This document shows positions 1 through 10,599 of a DNA stretch of 53,789 bases, in pieces. The number at the start of each line of letters is the position of its first letter. Positions within the stretch are counted from its first letter, which is position 1. Below the pieces are notes generated by a model. The model did no database searches. It saw only the letters and a list, made by a program, of their open reading frames with translations, and was not told the origin of the DNA. This DNA comes from Verrucomicrobiota bacterium (GTDB lineage Bacteria; Verrucomicrobiota; Verrucomicrobiia; Opitutales; UBA953), in NCBI GenBank assembly GCA_041156945.1, contig JBEBDN010000146.1, positions 1-53,789 of the forward strand, in the 5' to 3' direction. A program made the position numbers and the translations under genes.

Positions 1-79
1 ACCTTCACCGGGGGCAAAGGTCAACCCGTCCTATCATGTCCCTGCTGGACGCAGGGCGAGAACGGGTAATAAACAACTT

Positions 80-541
80 ATGCACCGAGCAGGACAGTCT
101 TGGACCGCGCTTTTCATGGCCCTGACGGCATTCCTGTCTGGTTGCTCCATGATTCCAGCGCAGGACAAGCACCCTCAGGAAATCAGGAGAATCTTCGTCC
201 GCGAGCCGGCGGGAAGCCTGACCGACGAGTTGAAATTGTGCGGGGAGGCCGCCCACGACTCCGCGGTCCGCCGACTGCGTTCTCTCGGCTATCAGGATGC
301 CACCGAGGAAGCGGGGGCGGATGCCACGCTCGAGGCTGGCTGGGTTTCCGAGACCGATCTGCCGGCGGATGGCCGACCTCGGGTGACCTTGCGACTCGTG
401 CTCAAGTCACGCACCGGGGAAGTGTTGTTCGCGACTCAGGTGGCCCAAGGCACCCTGCTGAGCTTCCTGAGCAAGGATCGCGTGGCTGAAGAGACGGGTC
501 GGAAAATCACCGAACTCGGCAAGGCGCCGTTCGTACGCTGA
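80..541 (+). CDS. Hypothetical lipoprotein (153 aa)
   Basis: ATG at 80. N-terminal signal peptide ends in the lipobox LSGC (ALTAFLSGCSM). No recognisable catalytic motif. Confidence 0.6.
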   Translation: MHRAGQSWTALFMALTAFLSGCSMIPAQDKHPQEIRRIFVREPAGSLTDELKLCGEAAHDSAVRRLRSLGYQDATEEAGADATLEAGWVSETDLPADGRPRVTLRLVLKSRTGEVLFATQVAQGTLLSFLSKDRVAEETGRKITELGKAPFVR

Positions 542-547
542 GGCGTC

Positions 548-1462
548 TTACTTGCGCGCGGCCAGACGCGCCTTGATGTCATCGACCAGTCTCTGCGTCT
601 CCGGCATCGCGACACCGGCGGCCAGACCGCGACGCAACGGCTCGCCCCAGATGCCGTTCACTTCGACTTCACGGCCTTCGAGGAAATCGATGAGGCTCGA
701 CGGACGATAGGGGCCCATGCCGACCGTGACCACGAACTGGCGCTTGATGTGCGTGTCTTCGAAGCCATGTCCTCGGGCCATCGCGGCCGCCTGGACTTCC
801 TTCATGAGCAGGTAGGCCCGTTCGTTGAGCGCAGGGTCGGCCAGGATGAGGTCCGTCGTGATGCCGCCGCCGGCGATCGAGAGTCCGTTGAAGGGGATGT
901 TCCAGCACAGCTTCTTCCAGAGGACCGCTTCCAACGAGGCCTCGGCCTGGCAGTCCACGCCGGCGTTCGCGAAGACCTCGACGCACTTCAGGACGGCCGG
1001 ATTGAGGGGCCCTTCCGCGGCCGCCATGCGCACATAGCCGGCCAAGGTCGTGTCGATGACGGCCGGGGCCAGGCGGTTGATGCAGACGAAGCAGAGGCCG
1101 GCGACAATGCGTTCGGCAGGCAGGAGTTTCGCGAGCGCTTCCACGTTGCCCATGCCGTTCTGGAGGGTCACCACCAAGGTCTGCTTACCGAGCAACGGAC
1201 CGACCAGCGAAGGCAGTGCCTCGTTGGATGTGGATTTGATCGTCACGACCACCAGGTCGCACGAGCCGATGTGAGCGGCGTCGGAGGTGGCCGAAGCGAC
1301 CCGGACGACCCGCTGGGTGCCTTTGTTACGAAGCGTGAGCCCGTCGCGGTTGATCGCCACATGGTCGCTTCTGGCCAGACAATGCACCTCATGGCCGGCT
1401 TCGGCCAGCAGTCCCGCATACCAGCCGCCGAGCGCGCCGGTTCCGACGATGGCGATCTTCAT
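548..1462 (-). CDS. panE: 2-dehydropantoate 2-reductase (ApbA/PanE family)
   Basis: Track ORF 548..1813 trimmed to the internal ATG at 1462, which opens the Rossmann start MKIAIVGTGALGG. WKKLCWN and SSLIDFLEGREVE blocks are typical of PanE. The 117 upstream codons are R/P-rich shadow. ATGA overlap with the nadB stop. Confidence 0.85.
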   Translation of the reverse strand: MKIAIVGTGALGGWYAGLLAEAGHEVHCLARSDHVAINRDGLTLRNKGTQRVVRVASATSDAAHIGSCDLVVVTIKSTSNEALPSLVGPLLGKQTLVVTLQNGMGNVEALAKLLPAERIVAGLCFVCINRLAPAVIDTTLAGYVRMAAAEGPLNPAVLKCVEVFANAGVDCQAEASLEAVLWKKLCWNIPFNGLSIAGGGITTDLILADPALNERAYLLMKEVQAAAMARGHGFEDTHIKRQFVVTVGMGPYRPSSLIDFLEGREVEVNGIWGEPLRRGLAAGVAMPETQRLVDDIKARLAARK

Positions 1463-3069
1463 GCGCGGCCGAGGGGACGACGGACGGAAGTGTGCCGGGC
1501 TTCGGCAAGCTTCGTCGGATAATCGAGGGTGAAGTGGAGGCCGCGGCTCTCGCGGCGTTGCAGCGCGCAGTCGATGATGAGCTCGGCCACCTGGATGAGG
1601 TTGCGCAGTTCGAGCAGGCGCGGTTCCACGCGGAAGTTCCAATAGTATTCGCGGACCTCGTCGGAGAGGGTGCCGATGCGGGTGCGGGCGCGCTGGAGCC
1701 GCTTGGTGGAGCGGACGATGCCGACGTAGTCCCACATCGTGCGGCGGAGCTCGTCCCAGTTGTGCGTGAGCACGACGCGTTCGTCGGGGTCGCCGGCCGA
1801 ACCGTCGATCCAAGCAGGCAGGGCGCTGGCGGGGGCGGAAGTCCGGACGATCTCCTCATGGGCGGCGGCGGCGCCGTCATGGGCGAGGACGACGGCTTCC
1901 AGGAGTGAATTGGAGGCGAGGCGATTGGCCCCGTGCAGCCCCGTGCAGGCGACTTCGCCGACCGCGAAGAGGCCGGCCAAGGTCGTCTGTCCACGCAGGT
2001 CGGTGGCCACGCCGCCGCAGAGGTAATGCGCGGCGGGCACCACCGGAACCGGTTCCTTGGCGAGGTCGAAGCCCGCCTTGCGGCAGGTCTCATAGATGTG
2101 CGGAAAGCGTTCGGGCAGGTGACCTTTGGCGACCTGCGTGGCGTCGAGCAGCACGTGCGGGGCTCCGTCTTTTTTCATCACCGAGTCGATCGCACGGGCG
2201 ACGATGTCACGCGGGGCGAGGTCGCCGAGCGGATGGAAGTCCTTCATGAACGCTCGCTGGTTCATGTCGCGCAGGATCGCGCCTTCGCCGCGGACGGCTT
2301 CGGAGATGAGGGCGCGGCCGCCGTCCGGGGCTTTCAGGGCCGTGGGGTGGAACTGGACCATCTCCATGTCGCGGACTTCCGCGCCGGCGCGATAGGCCAT
2401 CGCGATGCCGTCGCCGGTGGCGATGTCGGGGTTGGTCGTGAACTGGTAGACCTGACCGGTGCCGCCCGTCGCGAGCACGACCGTCGAGGCCGAGAGGGTC
2501 TCCACGCGTCCGGCCTTGGTGTTGAGGACATGCAGGCCTAGCACGCGGTCTTCGGGGGCGCCCAAGGGGCACTGGCCGAGCTTGGCGCGGGTGATCAGGT
2601 CGATCGCGAGGTGGTGCTCCAGCATCTTCACCTTGGGCGAACGGGCGATCGCGCGGAGCAGGGCCGACTCGATGGCGCGTCCGGTCATGTCGCGCGCGTG
2701 CAGGATGCGTCGCTTGGAGTGGCCGCCTTCGCGTCCGAGGTCAGGACGTCCGTCGGCTCCGTTCTCGAACTGCACGCCCCAGGCGATGAGTTCGGCAACC
2801 CGGGCGGGTCCGGCTTCGATGATGTGACGGACGGCCGCAAGGTCGCACAGGCCGTCGCCGGCGGTCAAGGTGTCCTGGACGTGGCTGGCGAAATCATCGG
2901 TCTTATCCGTCACGCAGGCGATGCCGCCCTGGGCCCAGTTGGTGTTCGACTCGGAACTGGTCTTCTTGGTGACGATCGCGACCGCGTGGCCGCGTTCGGC
3001 CAGATTGAGCGCAAAACTCAGTCCGCCGATGCCGCTGCCGACGATGATTGCCTCGAAATGGGTCGCCAT
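1459..3069 (-). CDS. nadB: L-aspartate oxidase
   Basis: 536 aa. FAD-binding N-terminus IIVGSGIGGLSFAL. Flavoprotein blocks (MVQFHPTAL, EAVRGEGAILR) and a NadB-like C-terminus. Confidence 0.92.
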   Translation of the reverse strand: MATHFEAIIVGSGIGGLSFALNLAERGHAVAIVTKKTSSESNTNWAQGGIACVTDKTDDFASHVQDTLTAGDGLCDLAAVRHIIEAGPARVAELIAWGVQFENGADGRPDLGREGGHSKRRILHARDMTGRAIESALLRAIARSPKVKMLEHHLAIDLITRAKLGQCPLGAPEDRVLGLHVLNTKAGRVETLSASTVVLATGGTGQVYQFTTNPDIATGDGIAMAYRAGAEVRDMEMVQFHPTALKAPDGGRALISEAVRGEGAILRDMNQRAFMKDFHPLGDLAPRDIVARAIDSVMKKDGAPHVLLDATQVAKGHLPERFPHIYETCRKAGFDLAKEPVPVVPAAHYLCGGVATDLRGQTTLAGLFAVGEVACTGLHGANRLASNSLLEAVVLAHDGAAAAHEEIVRTSAPASALPAWIDGSAGDPDERVVLTHNWDELRRTMWDYVGIVRSTKRLQRARTRIGTLSDEVREYYWNFRVEPRLLELRNLIQVAELIIDCALQRRESRGLHFTLDYPTKLAEARHTSVRRPLGRA

Positions 3070-3112
3070 TGAGGGTTTAACCTAGGCCAAGGGTGGGGGT
3101 GAACAAGCGGAT

Positions 3113-4465
3113 TTGACTGTTCGTCCGGCCACCCGTAGGGCTGTTTTCGTGGAATTATTCGTCATATTGGCCTGCTGGGCGACGATCGGCATTTTCGAGC
3201 TCTCGGAAATGGCGCTGGTCTCCTCCAACCGTCGCCGCCTGACCCGTTTGGCTGAAGACGGCAGCAAGGGCGCCAAGGCGGCCCTGGAACTCCTGGCCAA
3301 CCCTTCCAAGTTCCTTTCGACCGTCCAGGTCGGCCTGACCTTCGGCAGCATCATCGCCGCGACCTTCGGCGGCGCTCCTCTGGCCGCCGCCCTGCAACCC
3401 CATCTCGAGGCAAGCTCGTTCACCTGGCTGCATGACAACGCCGCCAACCTCTCCCGGATGGGCGTCTCGTTCGTCATCGGCTCCCTGACGATCATATGCG
3501 CCGAGATCGTCCCCAAGCGACTCGGACTCTCGGACCCCGAAGGTCTGGCCGTGCTGCTCTCGCGTCCGATGATGGTCGTATCGATGCTGGCCTCCCCCTT
3601 GGTCAGCACGCTGGGCTTCTTTGCCGATATCATCCTTCGGCTCTTCGGCCGCAAGCGCACGCCGGAGGACACCATGTCGGAAGATGAGCTCCGCATGATG
3701 GTCGACCAAGGCATGGCGTCAGGCGTGCTGCACGCCGCCGAGCATCGTATGGTGCACGGAGCCTTGTCGTTGGACCTCATCTCCGCGGAGCGCCTGATGA
3801 CGCCGAGCAACCGCGTCGTCTGGCTCAACCTCGACGACTCCGACGAGGTCAACTGGCGCAAGGTCGTCGCCTCCGGTCACACCTGGTTCCCGGTCTTCCG
3901 CGGCTCGCCCGACCGCCCGCTGGGCGTCGTCTCGGTGAAGAGGCTCTGGGCGAACCTTTCGCTGGTCGGCACCGCTTCCATCAAGGACCTGCTCACCGAG
4001 CCGCCGACCGTGCCGCCCCAGTGCACGGGCACCCAGCTCCTCGAGAAATTCCGCAAGGATAAGATCCATATCGCCCTCGTGACCGACGAATTCGGTCGCG
4101 TCCGCGGCGTGGTCTCCCTCAACGACGTCCTGGAATCCGTCGTCGGCGAGCTGCCTAACGAAGGTTCGCCCGTGGCTCAGCCCAAGCCGATCCGACGCCG
4201 TGAAGACGGCAGCTGGCTGGTCGATGCGATCGTGACCTTGGATGATTTCCGCGAGGCCACCGGCATCGTCGGTCGGTTCCCCGGCGAAGGCACCGGACGC
4301 TTCACGGCGATCTCAGGATTCGTCATGCGCACGCTGGGCCGCATCCCGAACGAAGGCGACCGCGTCGAGGCCCTCGGCCACATCTTCGAGGTCGTGGACA
4401 TGGATGGCCACCGCCTGGACAAGATCCTGGTGATGCCCAAGGCCGTCCCGCCGACCGTCGCTTAA
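3113..4465 (+). CDS. CNNM / HlyC-CorC family transporter (DUF21 membrane domain + CBS pair + CorC_HlyC domain)
   Basis: TTG start at 3113. N-terminal TM region with [20 protein letters not shown] (DUF21 signature). CBS-like middle. C-terminal [15 protein letters not shown]...GDRVE...[16 protein letters not shown] (CorC_HlyC). Confidence 0.85.
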   Translation: MTVRPATRRAVFVELFVILACWATIGIFELSEMALVSSNRRRLTRLAEDGSKGAKAALELLANPSKFLSTVQVGLTFGSIIAATFGGAPLAAALQPHLEASSFTWLHDNAANLSRMGVSFVIGSLTIICAEIVPKRLGLSDPEGLAVLLSRPMMVVSMLASPLVSTLGFFADIILRLFGRKRTPEDTMSEDELRMMVDQGMASGVLHAAEHRMVHGALSLDLISAERLMTPSNRVVWLNLDDSDEVNWRKVVASGHTWFPVFRGSPDRPLGVVSVKRLWANLSLVGTASIKDLLTEPPTVPPQCTGTQLLEKFRKDKIHIALVTDEFGRVRGVVSLNDVLESVVGELPNEGSPVAQPKPIRRREDGSWLVDAIVTLDDFREATGIVGRFPGEGTGRFTAISGFVMRTLGRIPNEGDRVEALGHIFEVVDMDGHRLDKILVMPKAVPPTVA

Positions 4466-5220
4466 AGGCGAACCGGCAGGCCGGCGGCACGCAGGTGCTC
4501 CTTGGCCTGACGGACGGTGTAGGTGCCGAAATGGAAGATGCTCGCGGCGAGCACCGCGCTGGCTCCGCCTTGCTTGAGGACGTCGGCCATGTGGTCGAGG
4601 CTGCCCGCGCCGCCTGAGGCGATCACAGGGACTTCGACGGCCGATGAGACGGCGTGGTTCAAGGGGATGTCGTATCCGGCGGCGGTGCCGTCGCGGTCCA
4701 TGCTGGTTAGCAGGATCTCGCCGGCGCCCAAGGAGTGGGCCTGCCTGGCCCAGGCGATGGCGTCGAGGCCGGTCGGATTGCGTCCGCCATGGGTGAAGAC
4801 CTCCCATCTGCCGGGGCCCACGTTCTTGGCATCGATCGCGACCACGATGCACTGGCTGCCGAACTTGCGGGCGGCTTCCTTCACCAGCGCGGGATCCTTG
4901 ATGGCCGAGGTGTTGAGCGAGACCTTGTCGGCGCCCGCGTTGAGCATCGTGCGGATGTCATCGACCGAGCGGAGGCCGCCGCCGACGGTGAGGGGCATGA
5001 AGACCTGGTCGGCGGTGCGCTCCACGACGTCCACCATGGTTCGGCGCTCGTCGCTGGAGGCGGTGATGTCGAGGAAGACGAGCTCGTCGGCGCCTTGCTT
5101 CTCGTAGGCTGCGGCTACCGCGACTGGGTCGCCGGCGTCGCGCAGCTCTTCGAACTTCACGCCCTTGACCACGCGGCCGCCGTGGACGTCGAGACAGGGG
5201 ATGATGCGGACGGAGAGCAT
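4462..5220 (-). CDS. hisF: Imidazole glycerol phosphate synthase cyclase subunit
   Basis: 252 aa. [23 protein letters not shown] start and full-length HisF pattern. Convergent with the CNNM gene; the two stop codons share TTAA at 4462..4465. Confidence 0.95.
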   Translation of the reverse strand: MLSVRIIPCLDVHGGRVVKGVKFEELRDAGDPVAVAAAYEKQGADELVFLDITASSDERRTMVDVVERTADQVFMPLTVGGGLRSVDDIRTMLNAGADKVSLNTSAIKDPALVKEAARKFGSQCIVVAIDAKNVGPGRWEVFTHGGRNPTGLDAIAWARQAHSLGAGEILLTSMDRDGTAAGYDIPLNHAVSSAVEVPVIASGGAGSLDHMADVLKQGGASAVLAASIFHFGTYTVRQAKEHLRAAGLPVRL

Positions 5221-5268
5221 GGAGGAACGAGAGGGGTAGGGCGAAGCCGTCCCGAGGTTAAGCCTAAA

Positions 5269-5706
5269 CTACTCCAGGACGACCGTCACCGGACCGTCGT
5301 TGACGATCTCGACGCGCATGTCGGCCCCGAAGACGCCCGTCGGCACGGGGCGCCCGAGATGCGCCGACAGCTCGGCCACGAAGAGGTCGAAGAGCGGCCG
5401 GGCGACCTCCGGTCGTGCCGCGCCGTTGAACGAGGGGCGGTTGCCCTTGGAGAAGTCAGCGAGGAGCGTGAACTGGCTGACCGCAAGGGCTTCGCCGCCG
5501 GCGTCCTTCAGTTTTACGCCCATCTTGCCCTGCGGATCCGACATCAGGCGGGCCTTCGCGACGTCCGCGGCCAGGCGTCGCACGACCGATTCGTCATCAC
5601 CTGCGGCGATGCCGACCAGAAGCACGTAGCCGGCGCCGATGGAACCGCTGACGACGCCGTCTACGCTCACCGAGCCGGAGAGGACGCGCTGAAGCACGAC
5701 TTTCAT
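5269..5706 (-). CDS. dtd: D-aminoacyl-tRNA deacylase
   Basis: Track ORF trimmed to the ATG at 5706 (MKVVLQRVLSGSVSVDG..., 145 aa). Ends with a typical Dtd C-terminus (VNDGPVT). Upstream extension is R-rich shadow. Confidence 0.9.
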   Translation of the reverse strand: MKVVLQRVLSGSVSVDGVVSGSIGAGYVLLVGIAAGDDESVVRRLAADVAKARLMSDPQGKMGVKLKDAGGEALAVSQFTLLADFSKGNRPSFNGAARPEVARPLFDLFVAELSAHLGRPVPTGVFGADMRVEIVNDGPVTVVLE

Positions 5707-5708
5707 CT

Positions 5709-7049
5709 TCAGATGAGCGCTTCGAGGATCGTACGCAGCTTCATCTCGGTCTCGGTCGCTTCGGCGCCGGGATCGGACCCCGCCACGATGCCGGCGCCGG
5801 CGAAGGCTCGGGCCGCCGAGCCCTTGAGCCGGGCGCATCGAAGCGCGACGTAAAGCTTGCCGGATTGACCGTCCGAACGGACCCAGCCCACCGCGCCGGT
5901 GTAGAGCCCGCGTTGGTGGGGTTCGAAGCCAGGGATGAAAGGAAGCGCGAGCGCGCGCGGTTTGCCGCCGACCGCCGGAGTCGGATGCAGTTCGCCTGCG
6001 ACCTCGAGGAAACGCCGGTCGGCGGGCATCGTGCCTTCGATGGGCGTCCGCAGGTGCATGACGTTGCCAAGGCGGAGGAGTTCGGCGTTGCGGGAGGTGG
6101 CGGCGAGGACGCCGACCATGCGGAGACGGCGCAGGATCGAGGCGGTGACCGCCGTGTGCTCGCGCCGGTCCTTGTCGCTGGTCAGCAAGGCTTCGGCGAG
6201 CGAAGCGTCTTCGGAAGCCGACTCGCCGCGCCGGGTGGTGCCGGCCACGGATTCGGAGCGGACCGCGCCATCGAAGAGGGAAAGCAGCGTCTCGGGCGTG
6301 GCGCCGACGAGCGCGCCGTCGTCTTCATCGACGAGGAAGGTGTGGCACTGGGGGTTGCCGCGACGAAGACGGTGCAGGGTGGCGTAGGCGCTGAAAGGCT
6401 CGTTGCGGCGCCAGTCGAAGGCGCGCGAGAGCACGATCTTCTCGAAAGAGCCCTCTTTGATGAGTTCGGTCGCGCGAAGCACCGCCGAGGGGAACCAGGA
6501 GCCGCCGACTTCCGAAAGGACGGTCGGGACAGGGGCGCGCGGGGACGGCGGCGTGGAGCGATAGCTGAAGCGTCGGAAGCCATCGGCGCGGATGGCGAGA
6601 CGGGCGGCGCAACCGGGTCCGGCCAGTTCGACGAGCGTGACGGTGGTGACGCCGTCTTCGCTGACGACCTGCCATCCCGGGAGGAAGAGACGGGCCTCGG
6701 CGCCTTCGTTCTCCGTGCCGGGATAGAACGGGAACGTCGCGATGACGCGGGGACGATGGCCGACCGATGTCAGATTGGCGTCTAGTTCGCGCAGCCAGGC
6801 GTCGGCTTCCGCGAAGCGTCGTTCGCCTCGTCCGCGCCATTGAAGGACCGGTGCTCCCGCGGCATGGGCGCGTCGGCGGGAGGGATTCTCGAAATAACCG
6901 CGGGGCGCCGGCTCATCCAGCGTCTCGAGCACGGCCAACGGGTCTAGCTCGGGAACTTCGAACTGGTAGGACACGAAACCGTTCTCGCTGGAGCGAGCCT
7001 CGGCCTGAGCCAGCAGATCGGCTTCGTCGAGGGATTTGGTCGGGTCCAT
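5709..7049 (-). CDS. menF: Isochorismate synthase (chorismate-binding enzyme)
   Basis: GATPETLL, ELHPTPAVGG, RGLYTGAVGW and GAGIVAGSDP blocks. HPTPAVGG is typical of MenF/EntC rather than TrpE/PabB. ATG at 7049 preferred over the TTG at 7085. Confidence 0.8.
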   Translation of the reverse strand: MDPTKSLDEADLLAQAEARSSENGFVSYQFEVPELDPLAVLETLDEPAPRGYFENPSRRRAHAAGAPVLQWRGRGERRFAEADAWLRELDANLTSVGHRPRVIATFPFYPGTENEGAEARLFLPGWQVVSEDGVTTVTLVELAGPGCAARLAIRADGFRRFSYRSTPPSPRAPVPTVLSEVGGSWFPSAVLRATELIKEGSFEKIVLSRAFDWRRNEPFSAYATLHRLRRGNPQCHTFLVDEDDGALVGATPETLLSLFDGAVRSESVAGTTRRGESASEDASLAEALLTSDKDRREHTAVTASILRRLRMVGVLAATSRNAELLRLGNVMHLRTPIEGTMPADRRFLEVAGELHPTPAVGGKPRALALPFIPGFEPHQRGLYTGAVGWVRSDGQSGKLYVALRCARLKGSAARAFAGAGIVAGSDPGAEATETEMKLRTILEALI

Positions 7050-7085
7050 GACTAGGAGGTTAGGTCTTCCTCGACCGATGTCCAA

Positions 7086-8627
7086 TCAGGCGGTCGGAGT
7101 TTCCTTCGGGGCTTCGATCGGCGGGAAAAGGATGCATTTTTCGGCGACTTTCGAGCCGGTGCACACGGCCGACCAGGTCAGCTGACCCTCGAAGCTCGTG
7201 GCTGCGGGGCGTCCTATGTTGGTAAGCAATTTGTCGCAGGTCGCCGGCATCACCGGGGTCAGCAAGGTGCCGACGAGACGCAGGCCCTCGGCCACGTGGG
7301 CCAGGCAGGAATCGAGGCGGGCGCGATCGGCGGCATCGGCGGATTTCGCCAGCTTCCATGGCGCACGGGCTTCGATGTAGGCGTTCATCGCGCTGATGAA
7401 GACCCAGAGGGCTTCGAGGGCGTGGCTCACCTGATACTCGGCGAAGGCTTCGGAATACTTCTTCACGCTGTCGTCCCAGAGGCGACGCAGGTTCTGCTCG
7501 AGCTCTTCGTCGGCGGCCGCGGCGGGGATGGCGCCGGCGTAGTTGCGGCCGACCATGTTGAGCAGGCGGTTGACCAGGTTGCCGAGGTTGTTGCCGAGGT
7601 CGGCCTTGTAGCGGTTCTCGAAGGTGATCGTCGAGAAGTCGGCGTCCTGGCCGACGACCATCTCGCGGCAGAGGTAGAAGCGGAAGGCGTCGGCCCCGTG
7701 CGAAGCGACGTAACCGAGGGTGTCGGCGGCGTTGCCGGCGGACTTGGACGCCTTCTGGTTATTCACCGTCCACCAGCCGTGCACGAGCAGCTGGCGCGGG
7801 GGCTCGATGCCGAGCGCCTTGAGCATGCAGGGCCAGTAGACCGCGTGCGGAGGGGAGAGGATGTCCTTGCCGATGACATGGACGTCGGCCGGCCAGAGGC
7901 CCTTGTCGGCGACGGCGGAGTAGTAGTTGGTCAGCGCGTCGAACCAGACATACGTCACGAAGGACGTGTCGAACGGCAGTTCGATGCCCCAGGTGAGGCG
8001 GCTCTTCGGACGCGAGATGCAGAGGTCGTTCATCGGTTCCTTGAGGAACTCGAGGACCTGGTTCTGGCGGAAGCGCGGCGTGATGAAGTCGGGGTGCGAC
8101 TTGATGTGCTCGATCAGCCAGGGCTGGAACTGCGTCAGCTTGAAGTAGTAGTTCTCTTCGGTGGTCTGCGTGACCTCGCCGTAGATCTCCGGCCAGGAAC
8201 CGTCCGGGGCGCGGTCCTTGTCCGTGAGGAACTGCTCCTGACGGGTGGAATACCAGTCGGTCTTCTGGCCCTTGTAGATGAGACCCTGGTCGAAGAGCTT
8301 CTGGAGGAAGTGCTGGACGATCTTCTTGTGACGCGGCTCGGTCGTGCGGATGTAGTCGTCGTGGGAGATGTTGAGGTCGCCCAGCATCCCTTTGAAGACC
8401 GCGGCGATCTCGTCGACCAGGACCTGAGGCTCGACTCCGCGTTTCTGGGCCGTCTGCTGGACCTTCTGTCCGTGCTCGTCCAGACCCGTCAGGAAGTGGA
8501 CCTTGCGGCCGCTCATGCGCATGTGCCGGGAGATCACGTCGGAGAGGACTTTCTCGTAGGCATGGCCGAGGTGCGGCGAGCCGTTGGCGTAGTCGATGGC
8601 CGTGGTGATGTAGAACGGACTGGGCAT
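7086..8627 (-). CDS. metG: Methionine--tRNA ligase (short form, no C-terminal tRNA-binding extension)
   Basis: 513 aa. HIGH-type motif GSPHLGHAYE. KMSKS-type motif KASKS. Full-length class I MetRS pattern. Confidence 0.95.
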   Translation of the reverse strand: MPSPFYITTAIDYANGSPHLGHAYEKVLSDVISRHMRMSGRKVHFLTGLDEHGQKVQQTAQKRGVEPQVLVDEIAAVFKGMLGDLNISHDDYIRTTEPRHKKIVQHFLQKLFDQGLIYKGQKTDWYSTRQEQFLTDKDRAPDGSWPEIYGEVTQTTEENYYFKLTQFQPWLIEHIKSHPDFITPRFRQNQVLEFLKEPMNDLCISRPKSRLTWGIELPFDTSFVTYVWFDALTNYYSAVADKGLWPADVHVIGKDILSPPHAVYWPCMLKALGIEPPRQLLVHGWWTVNNQKASKSAGNAADTLGYVASHGADAFRFYLCREMVVGQDADFSTITFENRYKADLGNNLGNLVNRLLNMVGRNYAGAIPAAAADEELEQNLRRLWDDSVKKYSEAFAEYQVSHALEALWVFISAMNAYIEARAPWKLAKSADAADRARLDSCLAHVAEGLRLVGTLLTPVMPATCDKLLTNIGRPAATSFEGQLTWSAVCTGSKVAEKCILFPPIEAPKETPTA

Positions 8628-8704
8628 GAAGGAAGACCCTAGGGAGATAGGGCAGGGTCAGGGGTCAGGACAACCCCGAAGGAGCACCGGACGGGGAAAC
8701 CGCC

Positions 8705-10489
8705 TCAGACCGCGTCACCGGCCCGGACGATGTGGGGCTGGTAGGCGATCTCGAAGGCGTAGGTCATGCCCGCGCGCAGCGGCATGGACTTGTCCCGCTG
8801 GAGCGTCTGGTAGAAGTGGACCTTGCCCCAGCAGGTGCGGTGCTTGGGGTTGTCGCTCACGACCTTGGTCTCGGCCCAGGAGGCGTGGAAGTCATCCTTG
8901 AGGACCTCGCAACGATGGGATTCGGCGCCGAGGACGAGGGCGTTGCCCGGGGTCATGCGCGAGTGGGTCGCGGCGATGGGCAGGACGAGGCGGAAGTCCT
9001 CGAGGACGACGGCGGCCTTGGCGGTCAGCGTGAAGCGGCCGACGATGCGACCGCCGTTGAATTCCCAATCGACCTTGAGCGAAGCGATGTTCGCGGAGAT
9101 CTTCTCGTCACGATCGATGAGGTCCGGCTGTTCGTAGCGGAAGTGATAGGTGCCGGCCTTGGTGCCCATGGCGACCTGCGCGTTCTTGCCGTAGAAGGAA
9201 GGCGTGAAGACCTTGCCGCCGATGGTGAACTCAGGGATGAACGGCGTGGTGGCCTGATTGGAAGGCCAGTCGAAGACGCCGGGCATGTGCGGGAAAGCCA
9301 GCGAGTCGGAGTAGCGGTGCGATCCCGAGGACAAAAGCGGAAGGATGACGTGCAGGCCGGAGGCCGGATCCTGATAGGAGAGGAGTCCCTGCTCCTTGCG
9401 CGGCGACTTGTCGTAGGAGAAGAAGCGGCAGACGGGCAGGCGGCTGGCCGGCTTGACCACGTCCATCGCGCCGCCGATGGTCTTGGCGAGGCGGGACCAC
9501 TGGGAAAGGTAACGGGCGGCGTCGAAGTTCGCCATGCGGGTCGTATGACCCGGGATGGTGTCGCGTTCCCCGTCGCGGATCACGATGATGCCATGCTCGG
9601 CGTCGAAGAAGGTCGTGAAGAAGTGGGCGTAGAGACGGCGGACGAGGTCGCGGGCGAGCGGCTCCTTGTCGACGGGGACCCAGCGGTCGCGGAGGGCCTG
9701 CAGGAGCAGGGTGATGCAGTGCATCTGGCCGTAGGCGCCGATGCCGCGTCCGTAGCTCCAGCCGAGTCCGTCTTCGCGCACGGTGTCCATGATCACGCGG
9801 AGGTATTTCTCGGCGAGGCCGCGGAGCTTGGGCAGCTTGGCGTCGCGGACCTGGATGTTCGCGTGAAGCTGGAGCGACTGACGGATGAAGATCAGGGAGA
9901 CGACGCCGTAGAGGTCGAAGGCGCCGCCGAAGTTCTCGGCGTTGGCCGCCTTGGAGGCTTCGTCGTGGAATCCGCCGGTGGAGGCCGCGGCGATGCGGTC
10001 CATGAAGCGGTCGACGAGCGCGCCGGTTTCGTCCTTCTTGGTAAGTCCGAAGGAGAAACGGCAGACGGCCTTGGCGATGTCGAAGGCCTGGACGTGGTCG
10101 TGATGGTCGTGCTCGACGGCCAGGCGCTCGTCGATCAGGGCGCGGGTCGGTTCGTCGAGGAGCTCCCAGACCGGGTTGCGTTCGCGGGTCGGGCCGAAGG
10201 CGAGGAGGCCGAGGCAGGCGAAGGCCATGCCGTTGTCGGAGCCCTGGCTGATGCGGACCTGGGCGGTGATGGTGCGGGCGACGATTTCGGCGATGTTCTG
10301 CCGGTCCATCGTGAGCTCGCCGGTGGCGCGGAAGTATTCCCCGAAGGCCAGGGCGGCGTGACCCGGCTCGTCGGCGCGGGAGACCTCGCCTTCGACGGGC
10401 ACGACAGTGCCGTCAGGAGCGAGGGAATTGAAGTTGAGTTTGAGGAGGGCCTTGGTCTGGTCCAGGCACTGGCTCGCGAAATTCTGCAT
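8705..10489 (-). CDS. Uncharacterised 594-aa protein, no signal peptide
   Basis: Single long ORF in the coding-like frame (ATG at 10489). It has its own AT-rich upstream region. The N-terminal about 330 aa look helical and repeat-like; the C-terminal about 250 aa look beta-rich. No motif I can name. Confidence 0.75.
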   Translation of the reverse strand: MQNFASQCLDQTKALLKLNFNSLAPDGTVVPVEGEVSRADEPGHAALAFGEYFRATGELTMDRQNIAEIVARTITAQVRISQGSDNGMAFACLGLLAFGPTRERNPVWELLDEPTRALIDERLAVEHDHHDHVQAFDIAKAVCRFSFGLTKKDETGALVDRFMDRIAAASTGGFHDEASKAANAENFGGAFDLYGVVSLIFIRQSLQLHANIQVRDAKLPKLRGLAEKYLRVIMDTVREDGLGWSYGRGIGAYGQMHCITLLLQALRDRWVPVDKEPLARDLVRRLYAHFFTTFFDAEHGIIVIRDGERDTIPGHTTRMANFDAARYLSQWSRLAKTIGGAMDVVKPASRLPVCRFFSYDKSPRKEQGLLSYQDPASGLHVILPLLSSGSHRYSDSLAFPHMPGVFDWPSNQATTPFIPEFTIGGKVFTPSFYGKNAQVAMGTKAGTYHFRYEQPDLIDRDEKISANIASLKVDWEFNGGRIVGRFTLTAKAAVVLEDFRLVLPIAATHSRMTPGNALVLGAESHRCEVLKDDFHASWAETKVVSDNPKHRTCWGKVHFYQTLQRDKSMPLRAGMTYAFEIAYQPHIVRAGDAV

Positions 10490-10599
10490 GCGGAAGGTTG
10501 GGATTGGGGCAGGCGCTCCCCCCCGTCAATGCCTCTTCGTAAAAAATTCGTTATTTTGGCCCTTCTAACCCACCCCATAAGGCGGCCAAGCCCCCGACT

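Noticed and set aside
40-56. 6-bp GC hairpin (CCCTGC-TGGAC-GCAGGG) near the window start as a terminator
   Set aside because: No U-tract follows and the upstream gene is outside the window. Hairpins of this size are frequent by chance at this G+C.
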